Assembly: GCA_965237955.1 (NCBI GenBank)
Contig: OZ250169.1
Coordinates: forward strand, 992,001-1,056,000
Source: Candidatus Marinacidobacterales bacterium
GTDB lineage: Bacteria > Acidobacteriota > Vicinamibacteria > Marinacidobacterales > SMYC01
Direction of reading: 5' to 3'
DNA length: 64,000 bases
Positions within the stretch are counted from its first letter, which is position 1. The number at the start of each line of letters is the position of its first letter. The notes under the pieces were generated by a model, which was given only the letters and a program-made list of their open reading frames with translations, had not been told where the DNA came from and ran no database searches. Positions 59,300 to 64,000 of this stretch are shown in pieces. The position numbers and the translations under genes are program-made.

Positions 59300-60651
59300 C
59301 GTCCTGTCCGAAAACGCGAACGGAGCGGCAAGGTCGAATCCTAGAGGCGTTCTCAAAACTCGCGGAGACCAGCCGACGCGGTACTGGCTCTGCGATAGGC
59401 GACCCCGAGCAGACCTCTCCTGCAGACCATCCGTTCCGTCCAACTGGCGCGCCCGAACTCCTATGCGGCGTCGCGGTGGTAGTAGCTGAGCAAGCCGCCC
59501 AATCGCTTACGACATCGCACCTTCCCGTGAGGACTGCCGACGCATTCTTCCGCTTCGAGCAACGCGTTCCCGAGCCCTTGATGGTTGCGCTCTCCGTGAT
59601 AATGATGGATGAACTCAGCGACGGCACGGCGCAGCGATTGCTCACTGAAGAAGATCATCCGCTCCAAGCACTCGCTCTTGATCGACAAAACAAACCTTTC
59701 GACATAAGCGTTCAGGTTCGGCGAACGGTGCGGCAGCCGAATGACGTCCGTTCCGGCGTGCTCGAGCAAATCGCGAAACTCCGTGGTGAACTTCTTGTCG
59801 CGGTCCAGGATGAGGAATCGCTTGCCGCGCAGAAAGCCGTCGAATGGGTCGGTGAGATTCCGACCGACCTGCATCATGAACGGGCCATCCGGCCCCGGAG
59901 TGATTCCGGCAATGTGCACTTTTCGCGAAGACAGCTCGATGACGACGAGCACATAGTAGGCCACGAGCCTGCGAACTGTGGCGACCTCGACGGTGAAGAA
60001 GTCGGTCGCCGCAACGGTTTCCCAATGGGCGGCGAGAAACGTGCGCCACGGCGTCCGCTCACTTCGCTCCGGCGCGGGCTCGATGCCATGTTCTCGCAGA
60101 ATATTGGCGATGGTGCTCCTGGCTACCGTATGGCCGAGATTCGAGAGGGCGCCGCGAATGCGTGTATACCCCCACCTCGGATTTGACTTCGCCATCCCCA
60201 CCACGAGCTCGCTAATCTCGGCCATGACCCGGGGCCGTCCGGGCTGTTTCCGCCGCTCGCTCGCTGTAGTACCACTTCCGCGCAATCAGCCTTCGGTGCC
60301 AAGCCAGAAGGGTTTCCGGTGTGACGATACCGGCGACTTCTGCCAAGAGTTTCCGGCCAAGCGCCTTACCCTTTACCGCGAGCCGACGTCGCTCGTCGTC
60401 TGTGAGACGAAGCTTCCTCCCGCAAAGCCGAGCTTTGAGGACTTTGTTCTCCTCGAGCAAGTAGACCATAGCGGCCTGTTGGTCACGCTGGATCCAACCA
60501 GCGATGGTGATGACCAACAATGTCAAGGGCTGGATCGGCGTGCTCATGACCGAGGATTCTAGCTCCCATTGGCCAATCAAGCGTAGATACGTCTATTCCG
60601 AAACGTCCCGGCGAGCCGGTCTTGAGTTCGTTTGTATTTTTGGACACGACG
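59300..60651 (-). mobile_element. B-family element, full length, frameshifted transposase
   Basis: Ends CGTCCTGTCCGAAAA / TTTTTGGACACGACG; ORFs 60212..60580 and 59461..60285. Confidence 0.88.
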
Positions 60652-60665
60652 GGAACGGAGCCTTT

Positions 60666-60968
60666 ATGAAGAAGCCTCGTAAGACAAAGAAGATGCCGAC
60701 GGTGAGCGCCGATGAGATCGCGCGCCGTGCCGAACGCGGCGAGGACATCTCGAAGTTCTTTACCAACGAGGGCAAGATGATGCCACCGATTCAACGAGTG
60801 AACGTCGATTTCAGTCGCGAGATGCTCACGGAGTTAGACGAAGCAGCTCGCCGGCTCAACATCAGCCGCCAGGCTGTGATCAAAACGTTGGTGCGCGAAG
60901 GCCTCGACCGGCGCTACATGGCCTCGTCCGTCCGCAAGGGCTCGCGCCTTCGAAGCACCGATTCCTAA
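60666..60968 (+). CDS. CopG/RHH (BrnA-like) antitoxin, orphan
   Basis: GEDIS.FF...RVNVDF..ML.ELD.AA..LNISRQAVIK. Confidence 0.75.
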   Translation: MKKPRKTKKMPTVSADEIARRAERGEDISKFFTNEGKMMPPIQRVNVDFSREMLTELDEAARRLNISRQAVIKTLVREGLDRRYMASSVRKGSRLRSTDS

Positions 60969-61000
60969 GGCCCGATCCCTGCCGTACGGTACAATTCCAA

Positions 61001-61026
61001 CTCCTATGCCGAATTCGGCATAGGAG
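61001..61026. repeat. Perfect 26-bp palindrome
   Basis: CTCCTATGCCGAATTCGGCATAGGAG. Confidence 0.85.
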
Positions 61027-61294
61027 CTCTGTCTGGACGGTTGTGACCGGCCTCACGGTTGAAGCTCCGCGGGATCCCGATTCGAAGAGAAGGTCAGGCA
61101 AGGTCTGGTAAGGATTGGTCCCTTCCCGCGTCAACGGTTTTTGCTCGGTCACGGCGGACAGAGCTTGCTCGCTCCCTCGCTCGCTCGAAGCTTGGCGAGC
61201 CCAAAGTCCAGAAGCATAGGACCGGACTTCGTAAGAATAATGTTGCCTCCGGACGACTTCTTCGGATTGAAAAACGGGCGGGGCAGCCAGCTGT

Positions 61295-62752
61295 CTATTT
61301 CTCGCGGCGTTTCATCGCGTCGCGGAGTGTGCTCGCGAGCGAGCCGAAACTCTCGCTCTTCTCTGCTTGTTGTCGCTCCGCGTAGTCGCGGGCCTCGCCC
61401 TTTTCGGTAGCTTCCTTGACGGCTTTCGCGCTCAGACGGATCCGGCGGTTCGACGGGTCGACTTCGAGAACGATCACCTCCACGTCGCTGCCGACGGGGA
61501 ATGCTTTTCTGAGATCGTCGCCCTTTTCCACACCGGTCTCTTCGAGGGGGATCAATCCGGTATTGCCTGCATCGAGGAAGACGAAGACGCCATAGCTCTC
61601 GTGGTCTTTGACCTTACCGACGAGGCGGGCGCCAGGCGCGATCTCACTACCCTTCGCTTCTGTCGCCTTCGCCGAGCCTTCTTCGGCGATCGCGATGCCC
61701 ATTCGTTTGCGCTCGGGGTCGATGCTCAGGATCTCGGACGCGACCTCGGTGCCGGGCGAAACCGATGACTTCCATCCGTCGGTCTTGCCAGTCGGTGGGA
61801 ATGTGGAGACGTGCGCCAGAGCTTCGATCCCCGGCACCAGCTCCACGAACGCGCCGAAATCGGCAACGCGGGTGACGCGACCGCTCAGCACTTGACCGAC
61901 TCGATAGTCGGTGCCCACACTCGTCCACGGATCGGCCTGGAGTTGTTTCAGCCCGAGGGAGATCCTCCCCTTCTCCTCGTCCACCCGCAGGACTTTGACG
62001 GTGATCTCATCACCCGGCTGAACGACACTCGTCGGGTCGGACACGCGCGACCAGCCCATCTCCGAGATGTGGAGCAGACCCTGCACGCCGCCGCCGAGGT
62101 CGACGAACGCACCGTATTCGCGCACCGACACGACGCGACCGGGCAAGACGGCGTCGGGAACGATGAGCTGGCGGACTTCCTCCGCGCGCTCGCGCTCCTC
62201 TTCCTCCAAGATGGCGCGTCGGGAGACGACGATGTTCTTGCCTTCCTGTTTGAATTCGATGACGCGGAACGTGTAGCTCTTTCCTTCGTGGACCGAGGGA
62301 TCTTCGGTGAATCGCGTGTCGATCTGGGAGATCGGGCAAAAAGCGCGCTGTCCGGAGAATCGAATTTCGAAGCCTCCCTTGATGGCCTTTTCGACCCGTC
62401 CCTCGACGGGCAAACCGGATTGGAACGCGCCGTTCAGCGCTTCCCGGGTGGCGGCGCTCTTGGCCAGTTTGTGGGAGAGCTTTATCCCGCCGGTCGTGGA
62501 AACGACGATGGCCTTGACAGTGTCGCCGACCTGAACTTCAACGCCCGCGTCTGGATCGGCGAGCTCCGTGAGGTCGATGGTCGCCTCGCCTTTGCCGCCG
62601 ACGTCGACGAACGCGACGTCCGAGCCCAACGCGACGATTTTTCCTTCGACCGGCTCGCCCTCGCGGAGGAACGTGGGCTGGAAAGATTCCTCCAGCATCC
62701 GCGCGAAATCTTCTTCTTCCTCGGGAGCAGTTTCGTCTGGCTCTTCGGGCAT
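61295..62752 (-). CDS. rpsA: Ribosomal protein S1-like multi-S1-domain protein
   Basis: About five S1 repeats (AFCPISQI, YGAFVDLG..GLLHISE, FGAFVEL); FGSLA tail; possibly a paralog. Confidence 0.8.
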   Translation of the reverse strand: MPEEPDETAPEEEEDFARMLEESFQPTFLREGEPVEGKIVALGSDVAFVDVGGKGEATIDLTELADPDAGVEVQVGDTVKAIVVSTTGGIKLSHKLAKSAATREALNGAFQSGLPVEGRVEKAIKGGFEIRFSGQRAFCPISQIDTRFTEDPSVHEGKSYTFRVIEFKQEGKNIVVSRRAILEEEERERAEEVRQLIVPDAVLPGRVVSVREYGAFVDLGGGVQGLLHISEMGWSRVSDPTSVVQPGDEITVKVLRVDEEKGRISLGLKQLQADPWTSVGTDYRVGQVLSGRVTRVADFGAFVELVPGIEALAHVSTFPPTGKTDGWKSSVSPGTEVASEILSIDPERKRMGIAIAEEGSAKATEAKGSEIAPGARLVGKVKDHESYGVFVFLDAGNTGLIPLEETGVEKGDDLRKAFPVGSDVEVIVLEVDPSNRRIRLSAKAVKEATEKGEARDYAERQQAEKSESFGSLASTLRDAMKRREK

Positions 62753-62793
62753 GACGCGCATTCTAGCCCAAACGCATTAGAATGGTATCGCAG

Positions 62794-64000
62794 ATGTGGG
62801 ACTACGTGCACGCGCATCCGTTTCTGTCGTTGATCGGAGCCTTCATCGTCTTTCTGATCGCCGTCGCGCTGCGCGACATTTTCCCAGCGGAAACACACCA
62901 TCAAGCACAACTTCCCCATCGTGGGCAACATCCGCTACTGGTTCGAGACCATCGGCCCCGAGCTCCGGCAATACTGGGTGGCCAGCGATCAGGAGGAGCT
63001 TCCCTTCAATCGCTCCGAGCGCGCCTGGATTTACGCGTCGGCCAAAGGTCAGAACAACACGTTCGGATTCGGCACCGCCGAGCAGATCTACGGCGTGGGC
63101 TACCCCATCATCAAGAACGCGGTCTTTCCCTTTCCCGAGTCGAAAGCCACTTACCCGGGCGATGACCCGACGGCGGTACCGTGTCTCAAAGTCATGGGCG
63201 AGCACCACGGGCGCCGCCGCCCCTATCGGCCCGAGTCGATCGTGAACATCTCGGCGATGTCCTTCGGCTCGCTCGGCTCCCGCGCGGTGTCGTCTCTCAA
63301 CAAGGGTGCGAAGGAGGCGCACTGCTACCACAACACCGGCGAAGGCGGCGTGAGCCCATACCACAAAGAAGGTGCGGACGTGATGTGGGAGCTGGGCACG
63401 GGTTATTTCGGTGCCCGCGACGCCAACGGGGATTTTTCTCTGGACGTCCTCGCCGACGAATGCCAGCGGACTCCTCAGATCCGCGCCATCGAGATCAAGC
63501 TATCCCAAGGTGCCAAACCGGGAAAAGGTGGGATCCTGCCCGGCAAAAAAGTAACGCCGGAGATCGCCAAAGCCTGCGGCGTGCCCGTCGGGGTGGACTG
63601 CATTTCACCGAACGCGCATTCGGAGTTCAGCACCGTTTCCGAGATGATCGACTTCATCGAAGAAATTGCCGAGCGCACCGGTCTTCCCGTCGGCATCAAG
63701 GCTGCCGTCGGCAAAATGGACTTCTGGCATGAGCTCGCAGCCGCCATGAACGCCATGAAAGGGCGCGACGCCGGGCCGGACTTCATCACCATCGACGGCG
63801 GTGAGGGCGGGACGGGCGCTGCGCCTTTGACGTTCGCCGACCACGTCTCGCTGCCGTTCAAGATCGGATTTCAGCGGGTCTACGAAAACTTTCAACAGGC
63901 AGGAATCTCGAAAGACATCGTCTGGATTGGCAGCGGCAAGCTCGGTTTTCCCGATCGCGCGATGATCGCGCTCGCGATGGGCTGCGATCTCATCCACGTC
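62794..64000 (+). CDS. FMN-binding glutamate synthase family protein; frameshift near 62885, runs off window edge
   Basis: NISAMSFGSL, HNTGEGG, EIKLSQGAKPGKGG, PDFITIDGGEGGTGAAP. Confidence 0.85.

Overview
Most of this window (about 7.3-60.7 kb) is a heavily shuffled mosaic of gene fragments and mobile elements, probably from a high-GC environmental bacterium (inference from gene types). The dominant signal is about 45 transposon-like ends from related families: A = CGTCCTGTGCCAAAAC, B/D = CGTCSTGTCCRAAAA, E = TGTGMTCCGCAAAAA, C = TGTGCCTTCTAT. They are associated with about 360-aa single-ORF rve/DDE 'integrase-core' transposases. These ends mark most junctions between unrelated cargo pieces. 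They show a strong outward flank bias (SSNW), no detectable target duplication, and flanks that do not rejoin. Classical elements in the same window (ISL3, two IS3-family elements, IS1595, a CTAG MITE) do have clean TSDs with rejoinable flanks. Cargo includes an RloC-like ABC-ATPase pseudogene, a NucS-like/DUF5655 nuclease, HigBA, an orphan CopG antitoxin, a topoisomerase III-like gene, Mug, lgt, DUF3014, DUF2924 plus a large serine recombinase, group II intron remnants and truncated outer-membrane proteins. The window edges carry ordinary genes: an arylsulfotransferase, a PVC-type heme protein, a ThuA-like gene, an S1-domain protein and an FMN glutamate synthase-like gene. All family assignments are from motif recognition by eye; no database searches were run.
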